A stretch of 64,000 nucleotides of DNA from Octopus bimaculoides (GCF_001194135.2 NC_068988.1:90026800-90090799); one strand, 5' to 3'; counted from the stretch's first letter, positions 40,023 through 53,535 are shown. Notes: generated by a model not told the origin, from the letters alone. Program-made: numbers and translations.

Positions 40023-41228
40023 CCGGTGTACCCGGTAATTCCCGAGGGTAAAGATGTTCTATGGAAACGCCTTATTACTCTGATATGAGAAAGCGATTTC
40101 GTTATAACTGCCACAATTCCCGTCACTAAGAATACAGAATACTGTCAGCTGGAGAAGGGAGAGTTTGTTGGGGTTTGGCAAGAGAGATTTTCGGAGGTAT
40201 GCGAGAAAGATTGTCGCAGGTTGATGGGAGAGGTTGTTGGAGATTGGCGAGAGACAAATACCTTATTCTGTTTACTGGACGTACCTGGGAAATGTATAAC
40301 TGCTGTCATTAACAGAAAGAAATTATTGTTTTACCGTGAGAAAAGCGCTATTGAATTAAATAAAATTTGGGAGGGTCACAATAGGTAACACAAACAGGAC
40401 AGTAAAAACAAACAGGAAGGGCTGCTAGGCCTAAACAACGTTGTGGTGGCGAACGCGTAAATCAAGCTACGACAAGAGACAAAGAAGACGTCTTCCTTGT
40501 TCCAGCTACAACGGAGAGAAAGAAAGAAAGACGGCAGATGGTCACGGGGGAACCACGTTAGCAAGAGAGGAGGAGTGAGGGAGAGAGTGACAGAGTAACA
40601 TGACAGAATAGTGGGAGAAGAGGAGGTAAAAATGTAAGAGAGTGGAAAAGAAAGAAAAAACAAAGGAGTAAAAAGATCGTATAGAGTGCTCATCAGAATT
40701 ATTAAGATAATACTCACTTGGAAGAGGATGCGTGGCGTTCAATCATATGATAGTATAAATTATATATATGTATATATAAATATATATATAATATATATAT
40801 TATATATATATAATTTATATATGTATATATATATATGCATGCATATATACATACGTATATGTAAATAAATTGATAGATTAATTTATATAAGTATATATAT
40901 ATATATATGTATGTATATATACATATATATACTCCTAAAAATGTAAGTACATACAAGTGCACATAGATATGTACATATAGTATGCATATATTCATGCATA
41001 CCTATTGATATGTCTAAGTAGCCGTTGTTTTCTTGTCCACACTGCCTTTGTCTGAAGATACATATGAAGGTAAACAGTACTTTGATATTGCCATTATACT
41101 TGAGAAGAAAAAAAAAGAAATGAAACGTATGTATTTTCAACACTTCCTTTATTACAGCTATAATTAGAAGACTGGTTATTTTTGTTCTTATGTTATTTTA
41201 TGTCCATTGTCGGGAAATCTTTCGTGGA

Positions 41229-41330
41229 ATAAACAGAAAAAGAACGGAAACAGAAAAGGAAGGGAAACAGAAAAGGAAGGAAAACAGAAAAGGACGGGAA
41301 ACAGAAAAGGAAGGGAGACAGAAAAGGAAG
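41229..41330. repeat. ~16-bp minisatellite (GGGAAACAGAAAAGGA) x ~6
   Basis: Read directly. Confidence 0.9.
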
Positions 41331-41639
41331 AGACACATGGGATAGAAGAGTCTCTCAAGAGGTCACAGGTGTGTGACCGTAGTCATTTTCCTTAGTCTTT
41401 AAGAAATAATGAGAAAAGTCTCTGTGTCTAGAAAGAAATTAAGGTGACCATTAAACGCGGATACATGTATTCAATCTTTATGTATGAGAGATAGCTAAAA
41501 CATACCAGTTTCTTATATAAAATTTAAGATGAATGTGTACATGCAGGATAATTGAACTTCAGCCTGCTTCCTTAGTTAGAAAATCTCCGTTTCTCGTAAC
41601 AAAAGCTCAAAGAAATTTAAAAAAGAAACATGTATATTA

Positions 41640-41960
41640 GGTGTGTCAGTGTGGTTAAATGTTTGCTTCTCAACCACGTTATATCGGTTCAGTCCCACTC
41701 AGCGGCATCTTCGGCAAGCATCTTCTACTATAGTCTTGTGCCGACCAAAATTTATGAGTAGATTTGTTAGAATGCGGCCATGCTGGGGTACCACCTTAAA
41801 AAACTTTGTCGAACGAGTGGAGCACAGTACTTGTTTATAAGCTTTGTACTCATTCTATCGGTTTATTCAAGTCACCGCCGAACTACTAATTCACGGAGAC
41901 ATAAACGCACGAATACCAGTTGTCAAGAGCTAGTGAGGACAATTGCAGACACAAGTGATG
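41640..41960 (+). mobile_element. Composite SINE: family A head followed by module B
   Basis: GTGTGGTTAAATGTTTGCTTCTC...GGTTCAGTCCCACTCAGCGG... then GCGGCCATGCTGGGGTACC. Confidence 0.75.
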
Positions 41961-42450
41961 TCAGTAAAATGCCATTTGAACATAGGCCGAGGCTTCATCA
42001 ACGTAAGTCATGTCACCTGGGAGAACGGGTCGGACACGACCACAAGATACAATACAGAAGATATATTCAAGTAGTGCATACGCGCAGGCGTGGTTGATAA
42101 GAAGCTTCACAACTACACACACATAAACACACACATGCACACATCCATGCACACACACACACATACACACACATACACACACACACACACACATATATAT
42201 CGTTTATCTTTCTACTTATCGATCTCACTAACTATCTATCTTTAGATCACTGTAACTATCTTCGACATTCTGTATATCTGTTTTTCCAAATATTCCAATC
42301 TATGTAATTAAATTGGAAATTCTGTCTAGATTGATGCCTACCTATTAATGAGATAACCTCGTTTTGTCTTTATATCTGTCTCTATCCCTTTAGCGCTTTA
42401 TACATCCTTATCAGTCTTGTTCCCCGTTTATATAAGTGTGTCTGTGTGTG

Positions 42451-42483
<33 letters not shown>

Positions 42484-42838
42484 NNNNNNNNNNNNNNNNN
42501 NNNNNNNNNNNNNNNNNNNNNNNNNNNNNNNNNNNNNNNNNNNNNNNNNNNNNNNNNNNNNNNNNNNNNNNNNNNNNNNNNNNNNNNNNNNNNNNNNNNN
42601 NNNNNNNNNNNNNNNNNNNNNNNNNNNNNNNNNNNNNNNNNNNNNNNNNNNNNNNNNNNNNNNNNNNNNNNNNNNNNNNNNNNNNNNNNNNNNNNNNNNN
42701 NNNNNNNNNNNNNNNNNNNNNNNNNNNNNNNNNNNNNNNNNNNNNNNNNNNNNNNNNNNNNNNNNNNNNNNNNNNNNNNNNNNNNNNNNNNNNNNNNNNN
42801 NATGTATCTGTATATGTGTATATATTTTATGTATGTGT

Positions 42839-42882
<44 letters not shown>

Positions 42883-44019
42883 ATGTATGTATGTGAAACT
42901 ACGTACTATTGTGTCTAAGTGTAGGTGTGTCTGTCTGAAAAATACATCTCCAGAACAAGACTACTTATTTTTTCTTTTGTCTCACAATCTTGATCTATTT
43001 CTTCCTCTCTGTCTATCTTCATATCTATCTATTTTCCCCGGTCTCTATTTATTTACCTACCAACCAACCTATTTAGCTGTCTCACAACCAATCGGTCTAT
43101 TTAATGATCTACCTTATTATCGATCGAACTCAGTTTTACTGGCGTTATGAGCTATAAAATACTTCCATTTATCCACTTAGTTGTGTCGTCTGCTGAAAAA
43201 TGGCCGATGTTACCTACATTTTAAGATGAAAGCGTTTATTGACTTAAAACAATATCTTCTGAATCTTAATGAGATATTAGGTTGCCTATTTTCTTTGTTA
43301 CTTCCATGTACATTCTTATTCTTTGTAATCTTTCCAGTAATGGTTCCTTGTAAACTCATAGCAACAATTGCAGACACTCACAAACACAGACAAGCTTACA
43401 AAGAAATTTGTACTCACACAGACTCAAACATGTTTACATACTTGTATGCACATCCATATATACATACACACGCACACATATATATACATATATATATATA
43501 CATATATATNNNNNNNNNNNNNNNNNNNNNNNNNNNNNNNNNNNNNNNNNNNNNNNNNNNNNNNNNNNNNNNNNNNNNNNNNNNNNNNNNNNNNNNNNNN
43601 NNNNNNNNNNNNNNNNNNNNNNNNNNATATATATATATATAGGTGTGTGTGTGTATGTGTGAATATATATATATATACACATAAATGCATATATCGAAAT
43701 GAAAGAGTTGTAAGTATATGAAAATCTATCTTACGTAGTACAAGCATTACCTAATATACTATTCAAAATGTTGAATAGAGTCGCGATATGTTTAACTTAA
43801 CTAAAGTTCATTTTGATATGATAAATATACTAAGTTTGGCCACGAGCTAGGTTGGTGTGGATTGTGAACAGTCAAGCTCGAGGTGTTACAGCCAGTAGAC
43901 TGTGAACATTTTATAATACATACGTAATTCAAAACGCAGTATATATAATTACATTACATGTGTACATACATATATGCATACATACATATACATCATATAT
44001 ATATATATATATATATATA

Positions 44020-45239
44020 TTGGGTTGTCCAGAAAGTTCGTGCCGATTTTTAAAGCAAAGAAAAAGGTTAATAAATACTTGCCATTACATTTTTAATCAA
44101 CGAAATATGAACCAGTTTGTTGCACAGTTCGTCTCCATCTTTCCTTTAACTTGAAAATATCTTCTTCTCAGAATTGAAGCGGTTTCATGGCAAAGAATTC
44201 ATCAAGGTATCTTTTTACGTCATCCACGGAATTGAAATTTTTACCATTAAGACTATTCTGCAGAGACCTGAATAAGCAGAAATCCAAAGAAGCAATATCT
44301 GGTGAATATCTGGTAACACATCCCAGCCGAGCTGCAGCAATTTTTGTTTGGTTCCCAAAGAAACGTGCGGTCTTGCATTATTATGCTGGAAAACAACACA
44401 CTTCCGATTGGCCAATTCAGGACGTTTCTCTTGAATTGCTGCTTTTAACTCGTCCAATTGTGTGCAGTATTTCTCAGAATTAATCTGGTTACTTGGGAGA
44501 AGTTCATAGTACAGAATTCCTTTCCAATCCTACCAGACACAAAGCAAGACTTTTTTAGGGTTAAGACCCGGTTTTGGGGTGGCTAAGGGTGGCTCAAGTC
44601 GCTTAATCCAGGATTGCTTTCTTCGAACATTTCCGTAGGTAATCCGTTTATAAAGCGAAGCACAGATGCAAATGCGATCCAAAAGGTTCTTCTCACTCAA
44701 CTCATGTGGTACCCAAACATCGTAGAGATTTGTGTACCCAAGCTTTACCAGGTGTTTATGAACGATGGATTTTGATAGGTTGAGGCTTTCCGTCAATTCT
44801 CGGGTTTCGCAATGTGGGTTATTCTCAATTAATGACTTGACTTGGTCATCATCTGTAGTGGATGGTCTGTCTGATCGCTCGTTATCAACACGGCTACAAT
44901 CTGCAGCTCGGAACCTTGCGAACCTCTTCCGTACAGATCTTTCGGATAAAGAAACATCACCGTAAACTGCATATATTTCTTTGGTTGTTTGTGAGGTATT
45001 TTTCCCTCTGCGGAAAAAAGAAAACCATGAAGTGCCGAAAATGAACTTTCTTATCTTCCATTTTTTAGGGTTACAGAATTAACACACGTTATAGGAACAT
45101 AGATCTTCTTCCATGAAAAGATAGCTTAAATTGTGCTCTAAACGGTGGCGTAGTCAAATCCTATTTTATGGACTCAACCATGTTCTAAAGTAAGTCGAAA
45201 ATTAAGCTGCTATTAATCGGCACAAATGTTCCGGACAAC

Positions 45240-45243
<4 letters not shown>
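44020..45243 (-). mobile_element. Near full-length mariner with both ~29-bp TIRs, inserted in (TA)n; transposase disrupted
   Basis: TIRs TTGGGTTGTCCAGAAAGTTCGTGCCGATT and the reverse complement of AATCGGCACAAATGTTCCGGACAACCCAA; TA on both sides; motifs HFRHFMVFFF, VWVPHELSE, KVLLCVW*DWKG, FQHNNARPH. Confidence 0.95.
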
Positions 45244-45284
<41 letters not shown>

Positions 45285-45577
45285 ACATAAAGCTCTACAT
45301 ACATATATACACACATAAAACTGTACAGACGTTTATCACTTAAATATATATGTGCGTGGTTAGATAGGTAACTATATGCATGAGAATACACACATAAAGC
45401 AAAACATACAAAACTGCACGTACACACTTACATGCATGCATACATACATACATACATACATACATGCATAATATATGCATCGTTTTCTTTTCAGTTTTAT
45501 TTAAGCTCTTTCTGAGAGAGCTGAAGCCGATCGCTAACAAAGCTGTGAAACTTTTTGAGTCCTACAATAGAACTTAC

Positions 45578-45654
45578 TTCTGGTGCAGATGTTGTTTCAC
45601 AATACGTGGTTCATATGACGTCAATTTAGATTTGAAACCGCGACCACAATACCT
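45578..45654 (-). CDS. Candidate 77-nt exon, RYCGRGFKSKLTSYEPRIVKQHLHQ
   Basis: cttccaacag acceptor, AA|GTAAGT donor, single open frame. Confidence 0.22.
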
Positions 45655-46413
45655 CTGTTGGAAGTATGTATTTATGTATGTATGTATGTATGTATGTTCT
45701 CATTCTCTTTTTAATTAATACATTTTTACCGGCCACCTAGTTGGGAGCAATGTTGTGATAGAATGTGTGTTGTTTTAGCCATCAACTTTTAAATCTTACG
45801 GTGTTGCAGATTTTTGTAGTCGCATATATCATCATCATTTTTACCGTATAAATTAACGATTTACTTTCTGTCCTCAAGAATCCACGTTCAATCATACGTT
45901 GCTACACACATATCGGTATGTATCTTGTTGTTTCAATAATAATATATATGAAGCTGAAAGTGTATTTTGATTTTTGAATTTTGTGAGGTTGTCTTACCCA
46001 CAGTTTGACCCGTTGGCCTTGAAGCTATGATAAACTGACTTCGGATCACTGGCAAACAATTTTTGAGCTTTTGTCGGTCATAAGTTGTCAAAGAAAACAT
46101 TTCTCCAGCGTTCGCTATTTTACCCTTGTTCTAAAGATCCTCCATGTCTGTTCTCGTTCGGTTTCCATGTTTGTCTCCATTAAATCCCAAATTTTATTTT
46201 GGTACTTATGGGAGCAACTGGCTTCGAAAACTCATACTGTCGTTCAATGGTCGAAATGAGGAGCAGGTAAACAGCTGCCAACTGATGAAGGGTCGTTCTT
46301 TATGTTACTTGCACTGTTTTCTATTTGCTTTCCCTCGTTGTTTACATATTGAACTCATTTGGTTTCGTATTTCATGTTGTTTACTGTTGGTGACGTCCAA
46401 TACCCATATATGC

Positions 46414-46495
<82 letters not shown>

Positions 46496-46767
46496 AAATT
46501 CAGATATATTGAAATTCAGATGAATATAATACTTAAGTTGAGGCACCCGAAATTAGTACGGTATTATCCATACCATTTGAAAGTAAGGTGATTAAAATCA
46601 AAATAAGCAACTAGGATATCCAGAGGTAATGCACTACGATCGTTCCATGCACTCCATTTAATTGAACAATGCAATCATTACATCAATTTAAAATGCAGAG
46701 CAATCCTCGGCTGCACAAAAACATAGAATTTAATTAAATTAGAACAGATGGACACATTTGGACACAC

Positions 46768-46798
<31 letters not shown>

Positions 46799-47491
46799 AT
46801 TGCATACATAGCCTCAATATTCTTCCGCTAATATTTCTATACGGATGTTGGTATTCGTCCATAACTGCTGTGTATGCATTTTATTCTGACCTAACCTTAT
46901 TCTACTGAATCTTGATATATTATATACATATTTACATATATGTGTATATGTTTGTACGACAGCGCGACTTTAATAATTTGGGTTTCGAAAAGGTTATGTC
47001 TATAGTCTATATATGTATGCCTCGCTTTGATAAACACATGACGATGTCAAAAGACGCCATGTTGTTGACTACAGATTTTCATCATTTACATTTCATTATA
47101 AACAATACAGTTCCTTTCTCAGATGTTTTGCGTATGTAAACTGAACGTCTGAACCTACCAAGATCCCGAAGCTATCAGCATTCTGTGAGTTGTTTTAGTC
47201 GTTATAATTTTGTTATGTTTTTATCGTAGGTTTTTCCTTGCCTCTATATTTAAATAAGAAACTTTATCGTTATTGTAAGAATGCTAAATAAAATTTCCGA
47301 ATATTTCTCAATACATGCTTATTTGTTAGGTTATCTATATATATTACTCGCTGTTCACATCTGTGAATTTTACATTTTCATATCATGAGAAAAAAATTAA
47401 TAAAAGCAAACCTCGAACGTTATCGATTTTTTATATTAATTCCTAATTTTGCTTTAGGCTTTAGATCTTCTTTATAATGCATATACATACA

Positions 47492-47542
<51 letters not shown>

Positions 47543-47659
47543 TCATAGATGCATACATACGTATACTTACAGACACACACTCTCATACACACACATTCAT
47601 ATACAGATCCGTGTATACGTGCATATATAAAAAGTCATATATGTAGTGGCACATTTATA

Positions 47660-47697
<38 letters not shown>

Positions 47698-47946
47698 TAC
47701 ATACATACATACATACATACATACATGCATATATGTACATAAGACTTATACAAAAGAGAAATGAATTCATAATTTTGGCAGCTGGCAGATGAACATGTTA
47801 TTAACTTTCAATCATGTTTTTAATACATTTTTTAGATGAGCAATTACTGGAATAGATGTATTTTCTTGAAAATTTATTTAGTATTTACACGTTCATCTTT
47901 TTTTTTTTTTTTTACTCTGCGTTTCTCTATTCTCATTCTCTCTCAG

Positions 47947-47981
47947 AACCTTCAGCTATGAATAATTCCACATCTACACAG
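47947..47981 (+). other. Candidate 35-nt exon with a very strong polypyrimidine tract (contains ATG AAT AAT TCC..., MNNSTSTQ)
   Basis: ~50-nt pyrimidine tract ending ctctctcag; CAG|gtattg donor. Confidence 0.3.
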
Positions 47982-48209
47982 GTATTGTGCTTTGGAATTC
48001 TCTAAGAATCTGTATTTGCGTTACAGATTCGACAAGTTATTCGAAAATATGATGTGAGTAAATAGAAATATATTTCACTCTCATTGAAATTGCTTCTATA
48101 TCTTTGGAAATATAGGTCTGTGAAGACACTAAGATATATCTAGAACATTCCTGTTGAAAGGAAATGCAAGAGACGAATTTCTAGAGAAAATTCAATAAAA
48201 ATTTATATC

Positions 48210-48480
48210 AAAGGGTTAACAAAATAAGCGATAAACTATTTATATTTAGATTAAATTTTCTTCTGATGTTCTAAATTTTGTAAACACCAGCTTACTAATT
48301 CTATCATCAAATAATGATCCTTCAAATACATATCTTTAATGGACAACGAATTGTCCGAATCTTTTGAGTATTCTTAGGCAAACTTCGGCTTGCAGGATTT
48401 CCTGAATTGCATGCCTAATGAAAAAATTACTTCGTTCATCTCACCTTGTAATATGTCACGTCTCACGCAGCTTGCATATC
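48210..48480 (-). mobile_element. Possible Tc1-like transposase C-terminal remnant
   Basis: Reverse strand IRHAIQEILQAEVC.RIL...IRC resembles Tc1 3' ends. Confidence 0.35.
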
Positions 48481-48740
48481 GCCAGATGTTGTCCATGCTT
48501 GTTATAGAGCAGTATTTCTCAACCGGGGTCCATATGGCCATTGGGGTTCCATATAAGAATTTTTCTTAAAATTTATGTGCAATAAATTGCTTTTGCCTCC
48601 TTGACACGTCCAGAATAATCACGAAAGTATTTGATAGCTGAAAAGAAGGAATAGCATGGTATCGTAGGCTGCATGTAGTTAGCCCACTAGGCATGCGAGA
48701 CTCTAGGAGCTCCAACAAAACCTGTGATAAATAGAAAAAA

Positions 48741-48804
<64 letters not shown>

Positions 48805-48845
48805 CGATAACGATGACGACGACGACGACGATGATGATGATGGTG
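48741..48845. repeat. (AAT)n grading into (GAC/GAT)n
   Basis: Read directly. Confidence 0.95.
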
Positions 48846-49059
48846 ATAACGAAAAAGGGAAGAGAAGGAGGATTTCTTTTGTTTGTCACAGGGTTATAGA
48901 TTATGGGGCCTAACGAGTGCAGTCTACAGCTTGTTTTAGAGTTTATACAAACAAAGAAGATGAAGAAAGAGAAAGGAATAGAAGACGGGGAAATGCGATA
49001 AAAAGATACTCATGGTTCATAAAGTACGTGATCACATGAATAATGCAATAATGCTGTCT

Positions 49060-49107
49060 TCCTGGTCCTGGAGAATCTCCTTATTTGGAGATTCTCCAGG
49101 ACCAGGA
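49060..49107. other. Perfect 21-bp inverted repeat with a 6-nt loop
   Basis: TCCTGGTCCTGGAGAATCTCC-TTATTT-GGAGATTCTCCAGGACCAGGA. Confidence 0.95.
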
Positions 49108-50282
49108 TGGATGGATTGATAAGTGTTTGTAGTATACACAATAAAAGAACATAGCAAGGCTCCACACAGACGGTCATAACCCTCATTTACAGTTAGAAAC
49201 ATACAGATCTGTGATCTTTACCACCTCTCATTCCCCAGATTTTACGTGTTTTGGGACAAAGCTTATTCACTTAGGCCTAACTACATTCTCTCACCCTACT
49301 TTCAACATGTTTAATAGAAACAGCAAATTCCTGTCTACTCTGCGAGTGAAACCCGAAAGATAAATGAAGATTTGATCAAAGTAGTACGGCTTGCTATGAA
49401 GTTTTCCTCTTGTCTGGTATATAACTGCTTTCATCTTAGCTACAGGAAGGATTAAATTTGCCCCTCTTTACCGACTGAAGGAAAGTGATGATTATTTGGG
49501 TAGATAATCGGATCTGTGGAGATTAGTTAAAAGCATTGAAGTTAGTATCATCAAAACTTGATTTTCTGGAAGATATACTAGACCGCAAAAGTCTTCTGGA
49601 ATAGATAAACCTAACACTCTAGCGGTTAGACCCTATGAGACTCCAAGCAATTTAACCAGCTCGTCGGTCTAAAGTTGCAGGAGGCTGACTGCTGTCATAG
49701 GCTTGAATCTTCAAATTTGATCTTGATGGACAGGAGGACGGTGGATGGTCTAATAAACATGCCTCACAGAGATGATGCTCAGCACTGTCATTTACAGATG
49801 TGGCTTCAGAATCGGTGCATGCTGAATAAATTCAAAACATTTCCGATTCATGGCCATGCATTTAGATGACGAAATAGATGCTATTGTACGATCTCTGAGA
49901 TACGATCGAAATTCATTTCCCTGAGGGCTACTTCAAAATAGCAAACAGCGTCTTTATCAATGTTTCAAATGACTTCAGAAGGCCACTTCATGTCATGCTG
50001 AGCTGTATCGCATGAGATGGAGGTTTTCGTGGAAACCTCTGACGAGGATGAAACTGGTCTATCACGATCTCACTATCGACGCGAAATGTCAACAATTTTG
50101 TGTGCAGATTCGGCAAAAACGGAGTAGAAAATTGGAAACTATCATTCATTGGAGTAAAGATTATTTGCCAACATAATACGGCAGTCCTCGTTTAGTCCCA
50201 GGAGGCATCGTCTCCAGCTGGCTATACGACACAATCTGTGTCCTTATATTTTCGAACACCCCCACTCAGTTCAAAGCAATAT

Positions 50283-50326
50283 CTGTGCATCGCGATTTCC
50301 GGATCATTTTCCCTTCATCAGCACAG
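50283..50326 (-). ncRNA. Type I hammerhead ribozyme motif, degenerate (H17=G, stem II base mismatch)
   Basis: CTGTG-CTGATGA-A-GGGA(AAATGA)TCCG-GAAA-TCGCGAT-G-CACAG: stem I CTGTG/CACAG, palindromic stem III ATCGCGAT. Confidence 0.7.
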
Positions 50327-50331
50327 GATAA

Positions 50332-50374
50332 TTTTGCTGATGAAGAGAAATAACGCAGAAATCGCGATACACAG
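50332..50374 (+). ncRNA. Sister type I hammerhead motif, degenerate (stems I and II eroded, valid AUA site)
   Basis: TTTTG-CTGATGA-A-GAGAAATAACGCA-GAAA-TCGCGAT-A-CACAG. Confidence 0.55.
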
Positions 50375-51762
50375 ATATTGTTTTGAGCTGAGTGCGGGTG
50401 CTAGGTTCCCTTGTTCGAAAATATTAGGACACAGATCGTGTCGTATATCCAGCTGAAGACGATGTCTCCTGGGACTAAATTACAGCAACATTCGTCCTAA
50501 ACCAGGACTGCCATGTTATGTTGGCAATGATTGCTGAATATCTCTCCTTGTGAAATTTACAAATAGTAATTTTCTAACTATCATTCATGCTATTTCTCAT
50601 AAATCTTATAACAACCCGTCCCACTGAATTTAAGATAATCTCGTTCTGCTCTAACTGAGGTTCATATTTTCCAATACCTAATTAGTCAAATATGCGTGAC
50701 AGCTAAGCTAACAAATTTTACCCTCACGCAACATCTTACTACGAAGCGTACCTCAGAGGCTCTTAACGTCTTATTATAACATATTTTGCCTGCTGTACGA
50801 GAACTGAAACAACCGGCTCCGGTTATATCTTCTCTTAAATAGTTCAGTAATATGCCCTTTGGCAGCAGCTATATAGTAATGTTTCTATGAATAGTGTTGA
50901 GCGCACCCATCTCCGTCCGTCAAACATTGAATTGTGGTTTACTTGAGTATCACTGGTTACTTTTGGTTTATGAGCATGCGCCATAGTTTTGACAACGCGA
51001 ACAGCCTGTTTCATATTGACATGATTTATAATGTTCATAAAAATGGCGTGGATTCAAATTCTCAGCCCCAACAAACTTAGTTATAGCATCATTCATAATA
51101 TAAAAAATTCTGTAGAAATAGTGTATTCGGTTGATAAAATTACATTCGTGGAAATAAAAAAAAATAATAAGCGAATTAATAAATAACAAAATATTAACTT
51201 AAAAAGCAAGTCTGAAATTATTTCTGCCAAAATAAAAAAAAAAGAAAACTATGCAAAACTTGTCACAATCAAACGTTTTCACACGTCACTTAATTGCGTG
51301 ATTCTACGTTGCTGATGGAAGATGTTAAATGACTTTGCAGAGGTTGAATTAGGACCAAATTGGTGCCACTTAAAAATATCTATATATTATCTCTCCAAGT
51401 TCGGATAAAAGAGCTAAATTTAGGAGGAAGGCGGAGAAAAATAATACAGAAATTCTTTAGTTCATTAAATGTTAACGCGTGTGCAGATGCTAATATTTGT
51501 ATGTATTGTATGTATGTGAATGAATAGAAATAAGGCTTTATATAATATGGGTGTGTGTGCGCGTGTGTGTGTATGTGCGTGTGTTGTGTGTCACTGTGTG
51601 TGTGTGTACGTGTATGTGTGTTTGTATATGTATACTTGTATGTATGAATTCATGCTAGAGCATGAAAAATATGCACATTGCTATATACAGATCTACGCCT
51701 ATATATGAATGTTTATATACATAAAAGCCAATACAATTACGAAAATAAATATCGACTGCATA

Positions 51763-51816
<54 letters not shown>

Positions 51817-52060
51817 TGTCAAACACATACAGATGTGTACACACTATACAGCACACACATCGTAATGAGTGTATAGAAACACAGTGATTAGTCTGTTCAC
51901 TAACACAACGCGGTATTTCCTTCCAATTAGGGAGAGGTTTTCCTGTGCTTCACCAACATGGCTGCCATTACAAAAGTCTCTAATGACTGAACGCATGAGA
52001 GTCACAGAATAAATTGCATACGCTCGTGCGCACACACTGAAGCAATCGCGCTCTACGGAC

Positions 52061-52125
<65 letters not shown>

Positions 52126-52575
52126 NNNNNNNNNNNNNNNNNNNNNNNNNNNNNNNNNNNNNNNNNNNNNNNNNNNNNNNNNNNNNNNNNNNNNNNNNNN
52201 NNNNNNNNNNNNNNNNNNNNNNNNNNNNNNNNNNNNNNNNNNNNNNNNNNNNNNNNNNNNNNNNNNNNNNNNNNNNNNNNNNNNNNNNNNNNNNNNNNNN
52301 NNNNNNNNNNNNNNNNNNNNNNNNNNNNNNNNNNNNNNNNNNNNNNNNNNNNNNNNNNNNNNNNNNNNNNNNNNNNNNNNNNNNNNNNNNNNNNNNNNNN
52401 NNNNNNNNNNNNNNNNNNNNNNNNNNNNNNNNNNNNNNNNNNNNNNNNNNNNNNNNNNNNNNNNNNNNNNNNNNNNNNNNNNNNNNNNNNNNNNNNNNNN
52501 NNNNNNNNNNNNNNNNNNNNNNNNNNNNNNNNNNNNNNNNNNNNNNNNNNNNNNNNNNNNNNNNNNNNNNNNNNN

Positions 52576-52614
<39 letters not shown>

Positions 52615-53199
52615 GCATACAAGTATATTAATGCACACACACACACACACATATACATATATGATATGTATGTTTATCCATGGTGAATGTATCTCTGTGA
52701 ATGCATTAATGATATGCTATGGAACGGTTGAGAAAATATTTAAAGAGCGAGATAATAAAAACGTATGGATAATCAGAGGGTATTACTCAGATATCTAATG
52801 GAATGACAAAGAATAAAATATGTAAAGGGCATGCTACATGAAAACAAGTCAAATAAGAGAAAGAAATTTAAAAGAGATGCATATATTTATCGTAAACCAC
52901 TAAGTAGGACGAATTCAGCGGAGAACAATATTTCGACATGAAGATGCTGATAAATTTGGAGATTAAAGATGAAAATATGACAACGAAAATTCATACAGAA
53001 AAATAGTAACCTGAGGTGTAATGCAAATCTGAGATGTTAAGTCATGTGAAGTCGATGTGTCTGAAGCGTTAGCCTTGAAATTAAGCATGGTTATTTAGCT
53101 GATGAGGCTTAGTGAAATTAAAATATGACTGAATTTGCTATTGTACAAAGTTTTAGTTTCTTGTTCAAACATTATTTATTTAATTCTTTTCTTATATTT

Positions 53200-53441
53200 T
53201 GTCTGTTTCAATCATTAGATTGCGTCCATGCTACGACACAGCTTTATAGAATTTTTAGTATGAATCCTTGTACTTATATTGGTTTGTATTTTGCCGCACT
53301 GCTATGTTACTGGTACGTAAACAAATCAAGGCCGGTTATCAACACCGGAGGACAGTCTCAGAGACGCACGCACACATATACATAAACATACACACACAAA
53401 CACACACACATATATGTTTGTGCGTGTGTGTATGTGTGTGC

Positions 53442-53535
<94 letters not shown>

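Larger units (their letters stand above)
50165..50527. mobile_element. ~360-bp fold-back element made of two divergent hammerhead-containing arms (PLE/retrozyme-like)
   Basis: Arms 50191-50323 and 50335-50479 are reverse complements (~85-90% identity, one 13-nt indel), extending to 50165/50527; 11-nt central loop. Confidence 0.85.

Noticed and set aside
50030-50070. CTGACGA-GGAT-GAAACTGGTC
   Set aside because: No room for stem II, and no valid NUH/stem I arrangement.
50844-51189. Two overlapping short minus-strand ORFs, one Cys-rich (SCQYETGCSRCQNYGACS)
   Set aside because: No recognisable domain or splice signals; the length is compatible with chance.
53098-53130. CTGATGAGGCTTAGTGAAA
   Set aside because: Stems I and III cannot form.
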